44,602 nucleotides of DNA, taken from NCBI GenBank assembly GCA_024137785.1, contig JAHRHZ010000028.1, positions 27,693,847 through 27,738,448 on the forward strand, read 5' to 3'. This DNA is from Ginglymostoma cirratum (taxonomy: Eukaryota). The position numbers and the translations under genes were made by a program. Positions 1-12,571 of the stretch are shown here, in pieces. The notes beneath the pieces are model-generated. The model did no database searches. It was given only the letters and a program-made list of their open reading frames with translations, and had not been told where the DNA came from. Each line of letters begins with the position of its first letter. The stretch's first letter is position 1.

Positions 1-88
1 GAAGCACATATTGAAAACTTGGGTTGGCACTGCACACTCTATTCCAACTTATAATTTTAATTTCCAATATATGCAATTTTTTTTTTAC

Positions 89-171
89 CAGACCTGCAGA
101 ATAGTAAAGAGACAACAGTATAGATAACTAGATAGAGGCCAGCTGTCAGCACCATAAAGACAATAGGCCAA
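89..171 (-). CDS. Candidate TM exon of gene A (WPIVFMVLTAGLYLVIYTVVSLLFCRS)
   Basis: About 25 uncharged hydrophobic residues, open in the phase 2 required by the stalk exon, followed by G|GTAAAA or read-through GKKKIAYIGN*. The acceptor (gaaggctag) has no pyrimidine tract, so this is tentative. Confidence 0.25.
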
Positions 172-549
172 CTAGCCTTCATCTATATTGGACCACATCT
201 GTCACCTTCTGTAACTTGATTTAAACTCAGAGGCAGAAATAACCTTAAAATTATTACAAAAAAAGACATTAATTTCACTTTCTAGTTATCTTTGCTACAC
301 CCCACTCATAATGGAAGACAGGCTAGAAAAAGTAGTTAAACTAGCACACACATATATTGATACTGATACCAACATTGGACACAAAACCAAATAAAATCAG
401 ACTGATATATTTATTTAGGTATTATTGCTGTACGTAAAATACTGGAATTGTACAGGACAGAGATATTGTATGAAAGAAAAAATGTCTTTTCCTTGATAAA
501 GCAGTGTGTGAACTACTGGAAATGGGACCTCTTTTATCTGTGTATCATC

Positions 550-795
550 AAATCTCATCACCAACCTGGGTGTTACCATTGATCAGAACCTAAACTGTAC
601 AAGGCACAAGTCAGGAGTATGATGGTATTTTATTCACTTGCCTAGATTGGTGGAGCTCACAGAAGTAACACATCGGTATCTCGACACATCTGGGAGAAAA
701 CAGCTTGCATATTGGCACCTCATTCACAACCCAAAATGATCCCTCCACCACTGGCTCATACTGGCAGCAGATTGCACCATCTACAACATACTAAA
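550..795 (+). mobile_element. Degraded CR1/L2-type LINE 3' fragment
   Basis: Resembles the 3' RT-tail region of elasmobranch LINEs (gttaccattgatcagaa...attggcacc...tccctccaccactgg...caccatctacaa); no ORF. Confidence 0.45.
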
Positions 796-905
796 GAACT
801 GTGGATGCTGGAGGTCTGAAACAATTAAAAACAGAAATTGCTGGAGAAACTCAGCTGCTCTGGCAGCATCTATGGACAGAAAATAGAGCTAATGTTTCAG
901 GACTG
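795..905. repeat. Half copy of Penelope-derived hairpin element (family 1)
   Basis: Matches the left arm of 3810-4023 (ggatgctgg...acagaaattgctggagaaactcagc...tctggcagcatct...gagctaatgtttc). Confidence 0.65.
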
Positions 906-989
906 AGCATTAACTATGCTTTCTCTACACAGGTGATTTTCGTTTGTACCATCAGCAAGGTGCATTGCTCAAATAAATTGGTCATTTAC

Positions 990-1026
990 CTTAGTCTTTC
1001 CTTGTCCTTAGTATAACCCTTTCGAC
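990..1026 (-). CDS. Gene A exon 3: 37-nt stalk exon (SRKGYTKDKERL+AG)
   Basis: Acceptor cattttgaacag, donor AAG|gtaaat, open in phase 1 to phase 2. Same length, splice sites and relative position as the gene B exon at 35919-35955. Confidence 0.8.
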
Positions 1027-1337
1027 CTGTTCAAAATGATGTATGAAAATATTATTTGATCATTCATTAGCCTCATGTTAACTGTGTCAAGGTAGATGTA
1101 CAAGGTACAATGAATGAAATTTTGATTAGAACAATCAAGAAGCGGTACGTGGTTTTACAATGCTGTCCTGTTTGACTCTTAACTAAATTATAATTCTCAT
1201 ACTTTACTGAGAAAGCAGTGTCCCAGAGATTTTGAAAATACGTAACAAATATATATACACATCAAATTATGTGAACCTGTATTGAACACGAAAATATCAC
1301 TGAAAATGCAGCAAATAAACATATATTTATGCCTTAC

Positions 1338-1673
1338 TTTCATGAACTTTAAGTAGTATGGGAGTTAGTGGATCCAGAAGGTGAGGTCTCTCTATTCCAC
1401 ACCAGTACCATCCCTTATCATTTTCTGTCATCTGGGTCATATGTACTGTAAGTTGTCCTTTTGCATTATCAGCTGTAATTTTTATTCGGCCATCGTGACT
1501 TTTCCTTTCAGGGCCACTGGTTTGTACTAAAACATTACAGCTTCTCCTGTAGTAGCCTTTGCACCAGTATTTCTGATAATTTCTAAAATATGTGTCAAAT
1601 CTGCATTCGATTTTGACTGATCCTCCCGTTTGTGCAGATTTTTCTTCTGGTCCACTAATTGAAGCGTGCGTAA
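1338..1673 (-). CDS. Gene A exon 2: Ig V-set domain, CD300 (CMRF35-like)/pIgR-like
   Basis: 336-nt phase1/phase1 exon with acceptor ttttcacatttacag and donor gtaagg. Protein shows GGSVKIEC...KYWCKG-x5-C...DKGWYWCGI: canonical B/F cysteines, C-strand Trp and the extra C-C' disulfide typical of CD300/pIgR/TREM V domains. Confidence 0.93.
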
Positions 1674-2619
1674 CTGTAAATGTGAAAACATATGAAAATT
1701 TAAAACATATTATTTTATGTTTCAGAGACAAAAGGACATTAACATTGATGTTCTCTTCTCTCTTGTGTTCCACACTATTTTTCTGTGACCTCTTTCTCTT
1801 TGTCAGCTTTCCTCTCCTTAATTCTTAGTGGTTGCCCTCCTCATTATTCTTTTTGTTCACTGGCTCCCCTCTTGTTACAATATTTCCTAATGTAACTATA
1901 TGTCTGTTAGTTTGTTGCTTTCGTATTTTTAGTCACAAGTGCGCTGCAAAACCAAAAATGACCAAGATTAACAAATGGATTTAGGCCAGGTAGAAGACAC
2001 CAGGTTGGGAAAGAAAACTTTCAGAAAGGTTCCAACTTGCACATAGATTTCTTAGAAACTGGGGTAAGGGCCAAGTCAGAATTTATGAGGACAGATTTGA
2101 CTACGACATCCAATATCATGCTCTAAGACTAATTGAAGTTGAAGGGTCTAGAGTTGTGAACATGTCCCACACTGACATACGCAACATAGTTGGGTGCGAC
2201 CTAAACAGAGAACATAAATTTGGGCACAGGAGTGTAAGGCTGGACTGTATTACAGTAAACCCATGTATTTTGAGAATGGGACAAGGCATTGGAAAAGTGG
2301 CGAGAGCATAAAGTTTGTCCGCAGGGTTAATGGAAGAGTTATCGTGATAGAGAAAAATTCTGAGTGAAATGGGTGTATCATTGGGTGCATGATAGCTCCT
2401 CAACGTGAGAGCTAAAATGGAGCATATGTTTGTGAGAAAAGCTATGTTCCTCCATTAGTATTGATCCTGCTGTTTCTTTAGTAAAATTTTGAAATGTACC
2501 GATAGCAGCAAACCAAATGGCCCCAAAATATAATGAGTTCATCCTCTTCACCTCCCAAATCTTTATCTCCAATCCACTGTCACATTAGACTTACAATGTG
2601 AGGTTTTGGTATCTTCACT

Positions 2620-3620
2620 AAATCATAGAGTGCATTGCTCAAAAGGAGGCCACTTGGCTCATTACTTCCCTGCTGGACCCATGCAGAGCAACTCCACTCT
2701 TACTCCCTTGCACTTGTCTCATAGCCTAGCAATTTATTTCTTTTCAGGTAATGATCTTTGGAAATGCTATGAACGAACCTGCCTGTTCTATGTTCTCACA
2801 CAGTGCATTCCACGTTCTGACCACTTGAGCTGTAAAACAGTTTTACATCAAGTCTACCTTTGGTTCTTTTGCCATTCACATTAAATTGATGCTTTATGGC
2901 TCTCAATCTTGTGCCAATGTATGCAGTTTCTCTGTATCTATAGCATTAACATCCCTCATGATTTTGAATATCTCTTTCTAATCTCTTCTCAAGCTCCCTA
3001 AAAGGGACTAGCACCAACATGTCCAAATTACAGTTATTCTTGCAAATTTTCTCTGCACCGTATCTAACATCTTTGCAACCTTCCTAAAGTGAGGTGCCCA
3101 GAATTGTACATGATACTCCAATTGATTTTCAACTAATGTTTTATAAATGGTTCACTACCATTTCCTTGCTTTTAGTATACTATTTAATATATATATAAAG
3201 CCAAGGATTCTGAAACATCTATTAATCAGTTCCACAACTTATCCTGCCATAGTCAACAATTGTCTGTGCGGTCTTCATACCAAAACAAATCTCTTCACAC
3301 TTTTCTGCAGTAAATTTTAGATGCCACCTGTTCTGCTCATTCCATTGTGAATACCTTCTTGATCTCTGTCACTATCCTTTTCACAATTCCGAATAATTTG
3401 TGTCATCTGCACATTTCGAAATTGTGCCCTGTATGCCCATGACCTAATCCTTAACATGGATCAAGAACAGCAGTGATCCTAGTGAGTAGCAATGAGGAAC
3501 CCTGGTGTTTAATTGCCTGCAGCCTGAGAAGCAACTGTTCACCAGTCACACTGCTGTGTACCATATCACTCAACTATGCAGTACCTATGTTGCCAAACTG
3601 TCTTTCATTTCATGGGCCTT
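2620..3620 (-). mobile_element. Old CR1 LINE remnant in gene A intron 1, shared with gene B intron
   Basis: CR1-like motifs (ccttcctaaagtgaggtgcccagaattgtaca; tgtgtcatctgcacattt, FADD region antisense). Colinear with 37290-38560. Confidence 0.65.
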
Positions 3621-3809
3621 ATCTTTGCAGGCAAGCTGGTGTGTGGCTGAGATGTAATTGAGAAGGTGTGTTGCAGCAGCACAAAAGCTTCAGATGAGTA
3701 GAAGGGTAGAACTGAAGTCATTTTACTGTGAAGAAGGAAGTGGCACTGAACAGCGGATGCAGAATTTGGTGGAAGAGATGGAACAGAGACACCTCGAGAA
3801 TGAGTGAAT

Positions 3810-4023
3810 ATATCTGAAAGAACGGTGGATGCTGTAAATCAGGAACAAAAACAGAAGATGCTGGAAAAGCTCAGCAGGTCTGGCAACATCTGCGAAGAAA
3901 AATCAGAGTTAATGCTTCAGGTGCTGAGGAAGTGTCACTGGACCCAAAACATTAACTTTGATTTTCTTTGCAGGTGTTGCCAGACCTGTTGAGCTTTTCT
4001 AGCAACTTCTGTTTTTGTTCTAA
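3810..4023. mobile_element. Palindromic Penelope-derived non-autonomous element (family 1) with 11-bp TSD
   Basis: Long internal inverted repeat; flanked by AATGAGTGAAT at 3799-3809 and 4024-4034; absent at the paralogous site near 38725. Confidence 0.75.
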
Positions 4024-4374
4024 AATGAGTGAATTAGTTCCGGGGAAGGAAGAGACTCAGAACTGGGACAGATAGAGTTGGTAACAGTCTTGACATGGAT
4101 TGCACCTGGAGCGCTTTGCCTGACGTAAAGACTAGACATAGTTTAAATGAACAGGAATGAGATTGTGGTGTGTCTGCGGAGCAGTTTGTTTGTTTCTTCT
4201 TAACCATCCTCATATTTCCTCTTATTGTGTTCAAGAAACAGGAATTGAAGTTGCTTGTGTAACCAGTTTTGACATTTGTGCATGTTATCAGCCCTTTCGG
4301 TTTACAATAATTCAAAAACATATCTAGACTGTCTATAAGAAAAGAACTTCAGGTTTCTATGTAACAATAATAAT

Positions 4375-5846
4375 TTATTCAACATTTTTGAACATCCCAG
4401 GTTTTCATCAAAAACAAATCAAAGAAACAAAATATCTTGTTATCTTTTTGAATGTCTGCTAATGACTTTGAGATTTTATCCTGCAACCTTTGAATAAACT
4501 TGCTTGGTGACAATGTCTAACATGGAAGCAAATCAGTGACTTTGGGAATTTGTGAGAATGTCCTACCTTATGAATTAATAAAACAGCTTTGTATTCACAT
4601 TAACTAAAAGTCGGGCAGCATGGTGGCTCAGTGGTTAGCACTGCTGCCTCACAGCACCAGGGACCTGGGTTCAATTCCAGTCTTGGGTGACTGTGTGGAG
4701 TTTGCACATTGTCCCCGTGTGTGTATGGGTTTCCTCCAGGTGCTCCAAGATCCCCCCACAGTCCAAAGAGGTGCAGGGTAGGTGGATTGGCCATGCTAAA
4801 TTGTCTGTGGTGTTCAGGGATGTGGAGATTAGGTAGATTATAGGGGGATGGGTCTGGGTGGCTGCTCTGAGGGTTGGTGTGGACTAGTTGGGCCAAAGGG
4901 CCTGTTTCTACACTGTCAGGATTCTAGGATGAGAATATCTTGTTCATGTTGTTGTAACTTCTACAACCAAAGCATAGAATTGCATTTCTACATACTTTGA
5001 TGTAAAGCTCTATTTTGCAGGCCCTTGAAATGGTCCCAACTTTACTTACATCTGTAGAGCCCTAGTTCTTTGAGTACAGTAGAATTGATCCCATTTACAT
5101 TGACATGAAATTACTAGGAATAATGGAGAAAGGATTATGATGGCACAATATATCTGTGCACCATTCCTTAAAAACCAGAATTGCATCTAATATTTTCTGG
5201 TGGTGGGGGCTTCCCAACTTGTTTCTAAAGGTGGGCAAAGAAAGCAATCAGCTCAAAATGTCTAGTGGGAGTTTTGCTTCGCAAACGTAAGAATTCTACG
5301 TCTGGCAGAAGCCTTAGAATACTACCCTGGAAGGATTGGGTTCAGCATGGTGTTGTGGAGGGTTAGGTTAGGAGTGGAAGAATATAGAATTTTCCCTAGT
5401 CAGAAAGACAATATAAATGGAACCAAAATGAATCATCTGTTTACTAGTGGTAAAAAGTGTAAGCAAATGTGGCCTACTATCAATTGCAATTTAAAAATTG
5501 CTGCTCAATAAATCGACAGCAACTACAGATTAAAAAGTCAGAGATTTGCAATTTATGCAAACAATTAGTTGTAAGATTCTGCTGACTTAGTGCACAAGAT
5601 ATTGACTTTTAGTTAATATGAATGCAAAGCTGTTTTATTAATTTATAAGGTAAGACATTCACGCAAATTCCCAAAGGCACTGATTTGCTTCCATGTTAGG
5701 CATTGTCACCGAGCAAGTTTATTCAAAGATTTCAGGATAAAATCTCAATGTCATTAACAGACATTCAAAAATATACCAAGATATTTTGTTTCTTTGATTT
5801 GTTTTTGACGAATGTCACAGGACTTGGGATGTTCAAATGATGAATA
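4375..5846. repeat. Long inverted repeat, arms about 4375-4612 and 5604-5846
   Basis: aaaaacaaatcaaagaaacaaaatatcttg...catggaagcaaatcagtg...taactaaaagtc is reverse-complementary to the 5604-5846 segment at roughly 85-90% identity. Confidence 0.9.
4613..4930 (+). mobile_element. HE1-type tRNA-derived SINE
   Basis: A box tggctcagtggtt, B box ggttcaattcc, central gtggagtttgcacatt...ggccatgctaaattg, CR1-like 3' tail gggccaaagggcctgtttc. Confidence 0.9.
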
Positions 5847-6394
5847 CAACACATCTTACTTTTTTCTCCCCTACATTGACTTTGATGTCAAAGGACTCTT
5901 TGCACTAAGGTCAAATGCAAATTTAGTTGGTATCTCTCATACAAACTAAAACTTTATGACCAATTGTATAAGTCAGTCAATATAAATTGCTTCAAACCCG
6001 GAAATTAAACCCTGTGTTGAAATCGCATTATTACAAATTTAGCACAAGCAGTAAAAAAATCTGTCTGACCAGAAAATTTGCCTCATCCTGTTTTAAAGTT
6101 CTGGTTTCACACTAACAAACACTAAAAACAAATAAGTCATAAAGCAGGAGATTTCAGTTTGTGAAAATAAGATTCCATTGTAATGTTCATACATGAAATA
6201 GGAGACATTTTAAACTTTTTCTCTAAAGACAATCACTTGTTGATCTTAAAAGGGAACCACTTTTGATTAGCAAAGTACATTTCTTAGTGGCTGTCTCAAT
6301 GTCACAGAGATTTCAGCCGATAACATTTCCGGTAGACTGATACAGCAAGACAATTCCAAACCTCCGAAAAATACAAACACCATTACTTTCTTAC

Positions 6395-6434
6395 CTGATA
6401 GGAAAACAATGGGCAAGAGGACGGTGATACTCAT
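6395..6434 (-). CDS. Gene A exon 1: signal peptide of CD300/pIgR-like receptor (MSITVLLPIVFLS+G)
   Basis: ATG at 6434-6432, 13 mostly hydrophobic codons plus 1 nt, then consensus donor CAG|GTAAGA. Phase 1 joins the V exon in frame to give MSITVLLPIVFLSVTHA-SISGP, a plausible signal peptide and cleavage site. Confidence 0.8.
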
Positions 6435-7324
6435 TGTTCTAACAGCTCCACGTTCCACACTCAGATCTTTACTTCAGCGGCCCTGCTTCTGGAATGCAGT
6501 CTCTAACTAGTCATTTCCTTCCCTTTAACACAGTGAGCTTAGAATTATCACATATGAAGACTGAAAGGACAGTTTTCAGTTACGACACCCTCTGACCCTA
6601 CAAAATGTCTCGTTTGAATAAATAAGTACCAACGCGTTCATGGTACAACACTCTGATGCTATATAAAAGCCTAACTGTTTTCCTTCTTAGCGTTGTTTGA
6701 AGAATTGGATCAACTATTTAATTGTTAGTGATAGGATTACTGTTGCAAGCTTTGTTAAAACCATACAACCTCAACAATCCCTGTAAAATCATTTAAGTTG
6801 TGTACCCTATTCTATAAAATGCATTTTACAATCATTGGATATGGGTACAGGAAAAGCAATTCAGTCCCAACTAAATCATGATTGATTTTCTGTGGAGAAA
6901 TGATTGCCAACATGCCTTTGATTCTCTCGGCAGGTCCTTTCAACAAAATCTTGCCTTATGTAATGCCGTGACTCCAGGATGGTGATTCTCAAACTGAATC
7001 CATCATGGAAAAGTCTAAGTGTGTCTTGTTTGCGAGACAAATATCTCTATTGTCATTGTTTCAAAACTCCTGCCATGTGAGTTAGCCAATAGCAAGTATA
7101 AGATATTAGCCCAAATATTCTGATCAGAGTCAGAAACCCTGTTTCTAACCCTAATCGGATTAAAACTTACCCAGGTAAAGCCCAAGGTATTCCTCTAGAT
7201 GGATATATTCATGCTTCAGACAATGAAGATGAAGACTTTCTCAAGTTTGATCTGTTACACTTTGGCAGAGCCAGTGTGAAGAATTGCAATTGGCAACTGC
7301 TAAATACATGAAACTACAAGAGTT

Positions 7325-7505
7325 AAAAGAAGTCAGAAATTGCCAGAAAACTCAGCAGGTCTTCCAGCATCTGTTGAGAGAAAGCAGAGTTAACTTCTGA
7401 GGTCCACTGACCCTTCTTCAGAACGGAAGCTGCCAGACTTGATGAGATTTTCCAGCAATTTGTTTTTGATTTCTAGTTCCCGGAGTGCTTTGGTTTTTTT
7501 TTGGT
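7325..7505. repeat. Penelope-derived hairpin element (family 1), degraded
   Basis: cagaaattgccagaaaactcagcaggtct...gctgccagacttgatgagattttccagcaattt inverted arms. Confidence 0.65.
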
Positions 7506-8179
7506 TTAAAGATGGCCATTATCCTGGAAAAACTGATAACCTTAAAGAAGGCCCTGATAACATTTGTTCATTTTAGCCTTACAATGACAAAGTTACTGTA
7601 TCACAACAAGCTATTTTGAATTGAATTATCTTTATTGTCGCATGAGTACAGTGAAAAGCTTACAAGTCACCACTTACCGCGCGACCTGAGGTACAAAATC
7701 ACCTAGGTACAGATTCTTCAGTACAAGTCCTTCAGGGAAAAAAGTTAGAAAATGAAGAAATAAGGGGAAAGATGTTCTAATACCAAATGCATTTCACCAG
7801 GGTATCATGTCTATCTTACACCAGGATATTAAACACAAAAGATGGCTAGCGGTGAGTCTATGGGCTGACCAGGGACAAATCAGGAAATTCAACAACTTCA
7901 GTTGTCAATTGTCAGGAACAGAATGTTCCAGCCTTTTCGGTTTCTGTACCTCGCTGCACTAATCTTGGGTTCCAGCTCAAGACTTTTACTTACTTAGTTT
8001 TCAATTAAGGCAATCAGAGACATTTTGTTCAACTTGAATAAACTTACATTCCAATTGAAAAGAATTTAGCTCTCTTTACTTGCTGGCTGATGCCCTGCCC
8101 ACAGATCTTCACAGCTGATTGATCACTTGTGACGGTTTTATGAATACAATGTAAGGGCCTGAGCTTATAGTAAGTAATT

Positions 8180-8397
8180 ACCTGGGTTCAAGTCCCACCT
8201 GCCCCAGCGGTGAGTAATAACGATTCTGAACAGGTTGGTTAGAAAATATCAATATTAAGCAATTAGTTAAGGGTGATGGTATGGTGTCCCTATCTCTGAG
8301 CCTGGAGACCTGGGTTCCAGACATTCCACCTTCTCCAGAGATGTGTCATAATATTACTGAACAGGTTGAGTAGAAAATATCAATATTAACCAATTAA
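8180..8397 (+). repeat. Two tandem short tRNA-SINE-like units
   Basis: cctgggttc...ccacct...ctgaacaggttg..tagaaaatatcaatattaa occurs twice (about 8180-8265 and 8309-8397), with a B-box-like ggttcaagtcc. Confidence 0.6.
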
Positions 8398-8569
8398 TGC
8401 ATCACAGGGAAGGAGCGCTTTAACTCCAACTCCATTTTGATCTAATCCTCTCACTCATTCCCTCAACTGTGGTGTTATTGCATTGCTCTTAATAGACTTT
8501 GCATATAATTTGATTAATTGGAAACATGGGTGATTATTGGTGGTGGATAATATGTACCACAGGTGATTT

Positions 8570-9260
8570 AGTGTTAGGAATAAAATCCTTTTGGTTGTGT
8601 GTGATAGGATGGCTTGAATAGGTCTACATCCCAAAAAGGTATTGGAGTTCTGGAAATGGGGCAATGTTCATGGTGGTGCCTCGCCCTTGAGCAAATCATG
8701 CCAATATAAGGTTGACACAGATATTCCAGTACATTTGTCCATGACTCTGGTTCGTTCACATTCGTGGCGTCCGCCTCAGGTCCATACAATTCAGCCCCTT
8801 CTGAGCAAGAGTGGATTTCCGTGCGCTTGCCCTGTTGTAAGATGTCCCAGTTGCATAGTGGACCATGCAGTACATAGCAGAACTCAGCTATTTGGGATCC
8901 TCTCTGTGTTAGGGTCTGCAGAGTCCTTCCAAAGTGATCAAGGCAGTGAAAGCTCATTTTTAATGTGTCTTTGGCAACATTAATAATGAATCTATTTGGA
9001 AAATGACCTTGAATCACTCTTTTGCTGCTCCCCAGGGATGCCTGACTGATGTCATCAACCATGTTTGCTACGGTAAACCTCTTGTAAGCCAGGTTTGAGC
9101 TGGCCTGGGGCCTCACAAGGCTCTGAGATCTGTGAGTTTCATGAGGTAAACGTTTTGAGGAACTCCCTGTGAAACAAGAACTGGTCTGTGTGCTACTTCA
9201 CCTGCAGTCAAAGACTATTTGCATGCTCAAAGAGTGAAAACCTTTGTGATTGGCAAATGC
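8570..9260 (-). mobile_element. Possible degraded Tx1/L1-like LINE 3' end
   Basis: Weak resemblance of VIQGHFP...IINVAKDTL in ORF 8574-9116 to the C-terminus of Tx1-type ORF2, from memory only. Confidence 0.3.
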
Positions 9261-9787
9261 AACTGGTTGATTCCACAGAGTCTAATGAGTGCAGTTGATT
9301 CACCCCAGTCCTCTAGGAATATAAGGAATGCCATACCCCATCCCCTAACTTCAACCCCTCTCCTCCCTTGGATCCCTTTTCTGCTCCATCATGGCCTTTA
9401 ACACTCTCTGCCCCATTCGTCTTCACCGCTGACTCATATCCTTGCCACTATTGAACCTCCATGGAAGCTACCATTCTCCTGAGCCCCTCCCATGTGCCAC
9501 AATGTTCAATCAGGAAAATTGATGACTACAGACATAACTGTAGGAAGCAACTTGTGCATGGCACCTTTAAATCAATGTAGACCAGGTGTGCTGACCTTCT
9601 TGGGCCCTGCTGACCTGATTTTAAGGGCCAGACATATTTACATGAATGAAAATTCATGGCATGCAAATTGTTACCAGTAGAAACCTGCCACAGAATGGCA
9701 TGAGGCTTAACCCATCAATAACATGGCTCTGACTGATACTCCAAATTTGACCCCACTACCAGGGAAGGCAAAATTTCAGCTCCTGTC

Positions 9788-12571
9788 TGTAGTGATTAGA
9801 CCATAAGACCATAAGACACAGGAGTGGATGTAAAGCCATTCGGCCCATCAAGTCCACTCCGCCATTTAATCATGGCTGATGGGCATTTCAACTCCACTTA
9901 CCCGCACTCTCCCCGTAGCCCTTAATTCCTTGCGAGATCAAGAATTTATCAATCTCTGCCTTGAAGACATTTAACGTCCTGGCCTCCACTGCGCTCAGTG
10001 GATGAATTCCACAGGCCCACCATTCTCTGGCTGAAGAAATGTCTCCTCATTTCTGTTCTAAATTGACCCCCTCTAATTCTAAGGCTGTGCCCATGGGTCC
10101 TAGTCTCCCCACCTAACGGAAACAACTTTCCAGCGTCCACCCTTTCTAAGCCATGCATTATCTTGTAAGTTTCTATTAGATCTCCCCTCAACCTTCTGAA
10201 CTCTAATGAATACAATCCCAGGATCCTCAGCCGTTCATCGTATGTTAGGCCTACCAATCCAGGGATCATCTGTGTGAATCTCCGCTGGACACGCTCCAGT
10301 ATGTCCTTCCTGAGGTGTGGGGCCCAAAACTGGACACAGTATTCTAAATGGGGCCTAACTAGAGCTTTATAAAGTCTCAGAAGCACATCGCTGCTTTTAT
10401 ATTCCAACCCTCTTGAGATAATTGACAATATTCCATTCGCTTTCTTAATCACGGACTCAACCTGCAAGTTAACCTTTAGAGAATCCTGGACTAGCACTCC
10501 CAGGTCCCTTTGTACTTCGGCTTTATGAATTTTCTCACCATTCAGAAAATAGTCCATGCCTGTATTCTTTTTTCCAAAGTGCAAGACCTCGCATATGCTC
10601 ACGTTGAATTTCATCAGCCATTTCCTGGACCACTCTCCTAAACTGTCTAAATCATTCTGCAGCCTCCCCACCTCCTCCGTACTACCTGCCTGTCCACCTA
10701 ACTTTGTATCATCGGCAAACTTCGCCAGAATGCCCCCAGTCCCTTCATCCAGATCATTAATATGCAAAGTGAACAGCTGCGGCCCCAACACTGAACCCTG
10801 CGGGACACCACTTGTCACCAGTTGCCATTCCGAAAAAGAGCCTTTTATCCCAACTCTCTGCCTTCTGTCAGACAGCCAATCCTCAATCCATGCCAGTAAC
10901 TCACCTCGAACACCATGGGCCCTCACCTTACTCAGCAGCCTCCCGTGAGGCACCTTATCAAAGGCCTTTTGGAAATCTAGATAGATAACATCCACTGGGT
11001 TTCCCTGGTCTAACCTACTTGTTACTTCTTCAAAGAATTCTGACAGGTTTGTCAGACACGACCTCCCCTTACTAAATCCCTGCTGACTCGTTCTGATCCG
11101 ACCCTGCACTTCCAAGAATTTAGAAATCTCATCCTTAATGATGGATTCTAGAATTTTACCAACAACTGAGGTTAGGCTAATCGGCCTGTACTTTTCCATC
11201 TTTTGTCTTGATCCTTTCTTAAACAAGGGGGTTACAACAGCGATTTTCCAATCATCTGGGACTTCCCCTGACTCCAGTGACTTTTGAAAGATCACAACCA
11301 ATGCCTCCGCTATTTCCTCAGCCACCTCCCTCAGAACTCTAGAATGTAGCCCATCGGGGGGCCAGGAGATTTATCAATTTTTAGACCTTTTAGCTTTTCT
11401 AGCACTTTCTCTTTTGTAATGCCTACCATACTCAACTCTGCCCCCGACTCTCCTTAATTGTTGGGATATTACTCATGTGTGAAGACTGACGCAAAATACT
11501 TACTAAGTTCTTCAGCTATTTCCTTATCTCCCATCACTAGCCTTCCAGCATCAATTTGGAGTGGCCCAATGTCTACTTTTGCCTCTCGTTTGTTTCTTAC
11601 GTATTGAAAGAAACTTTTACTATCATTTCTAGTATTATTGGCTAGCCTACCTTCATATTTGATCCTCTCCTTCCTTATTTCTCTCTTTGTTATCCTCTGT
11701 TTGTTCTTGTACCCTTCCCAATCTTCTGATTTCCCAGTGCTCTTGGCCACTATTTAGGCGGTCTCTTTTTCTTTGATACTTTTCCGGACTTCCTTTGTCA
11801 GCCATGGCTGTCTAATCCCCCCCCTCCACCCCGGTTAATCTTTCTTTTCTTTGGGAAGAACCTCTGTACTGTGTCCTCAATTACACCCAGAAACTCCTGC
11901 CATTGTTGCTCTACTGTCTTCCCCGCTAGGCTCTGCTTCCAGTCGATTTTCGTCAGTTCCTCTCTCATGCCCCTGTAATTACCTTTATTTAACTGTAACA
12001 CCATTACATCCGATTTTGCCTTCTCTCTTTCAAACCACAGACTGAACTCTACCATATTATGATCGCTGCCTCCTAAGTGTTCCCTTACTTTAAGATCTTT
12101 TATAAAGTCTGGCTCATTACATAGCACTATGTCCAGAATAGCCTGTTCCCTTGTGGGCTCCATCACAAGCTGTTCCAAAAAGTCATCCTGTAAACATTCC
12201 ATGAATTCTCTTTCTTTGGATCCACTGGCAATATTATTCACCCACTCCACCTGCATATTGAAGTCCCCCATGATCACCGTGACCTTGCCTTTCTGACATG
12301 CCTATCTATTTCCCGGTGCATCTTGGAAATGTAACAAGGGATTGTGACAAGGTCAGACAGCTGGACCTTATAGAATATGAGTTCCCTGACTGGGGGCTGT
12401 TAATCTGGTCCAGTCAGGTAGCCCTGGCTGACATATAAAAATGGTAAGCCTCAATGATACTGACGCTCTGGTACTAGACTCTGAATGAAGCAGTACCAAA
12501 GTCAGGGCCTCTCCACATGGAAATAAAGGGTTACTTGGTGACAGGATACTGGCCCCTATAGAGCTATTTCG
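9788..12571 (+). mobile_element. Gypsy solo LTR (9788-9797 plus about 12330-12571) interrupted by the CR1
   Basis: TGTAGTGATT start lies left of the CR1; the remainder matches LTRs at 22465-22700 and 24136-24351; flanks CTGTC/CTGCC form a 5-bp TSD with one mismatch. Confidence 0.8.
9798..12325 (-). mobile_element. Young 5'-truncated CR1 LINE (part of APE endonuclease plus RT)
   Basis: ORFs 11798-12277 (IMGDFN...GGSDHN), 11469-11750 and 9949-11325 (LDFQKAFDKV, GVPQGSVLGP, KFADDTK). 3' tail (TCTTATGG)n near 9800-9815. Small indels break the frame. Confidence 0.95.

Noticed and set aside
1338-1673. Rearranging Ig/TCR/IgNAR V segment
   Set aside because: The exon includes its own G strand and ends in a splice donor, no heptamer/nonamer RSS follows it, and the motifs are CD300/pIgR-type.
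1674-1773. N-terminal 33 aa of ORF 1327-1773 as the true protein start
   Set aside because: It is intron read-through. The paralogous segment in gene B is frameshifted relative to the V exon, and a proper leader exon exists at 6395-6434.
2116-2572. ORFs 2116-2403 and 2378-2572 as coding or L1 endonuclease relic
   Set aside because: Only a faint YHAPND resemblance; no supportable domain.
4613-4690. tRNA genes at SINE heads
   Set aside because: A/B boxes continue into SINE bodies; no complete cloverleaf.
6480-6530. ETS/PU.1-like GGAA motifs upstream of gene A
   Set aside because: Plausible for a myeloid promoter but too short to support without conservation or TSS data.
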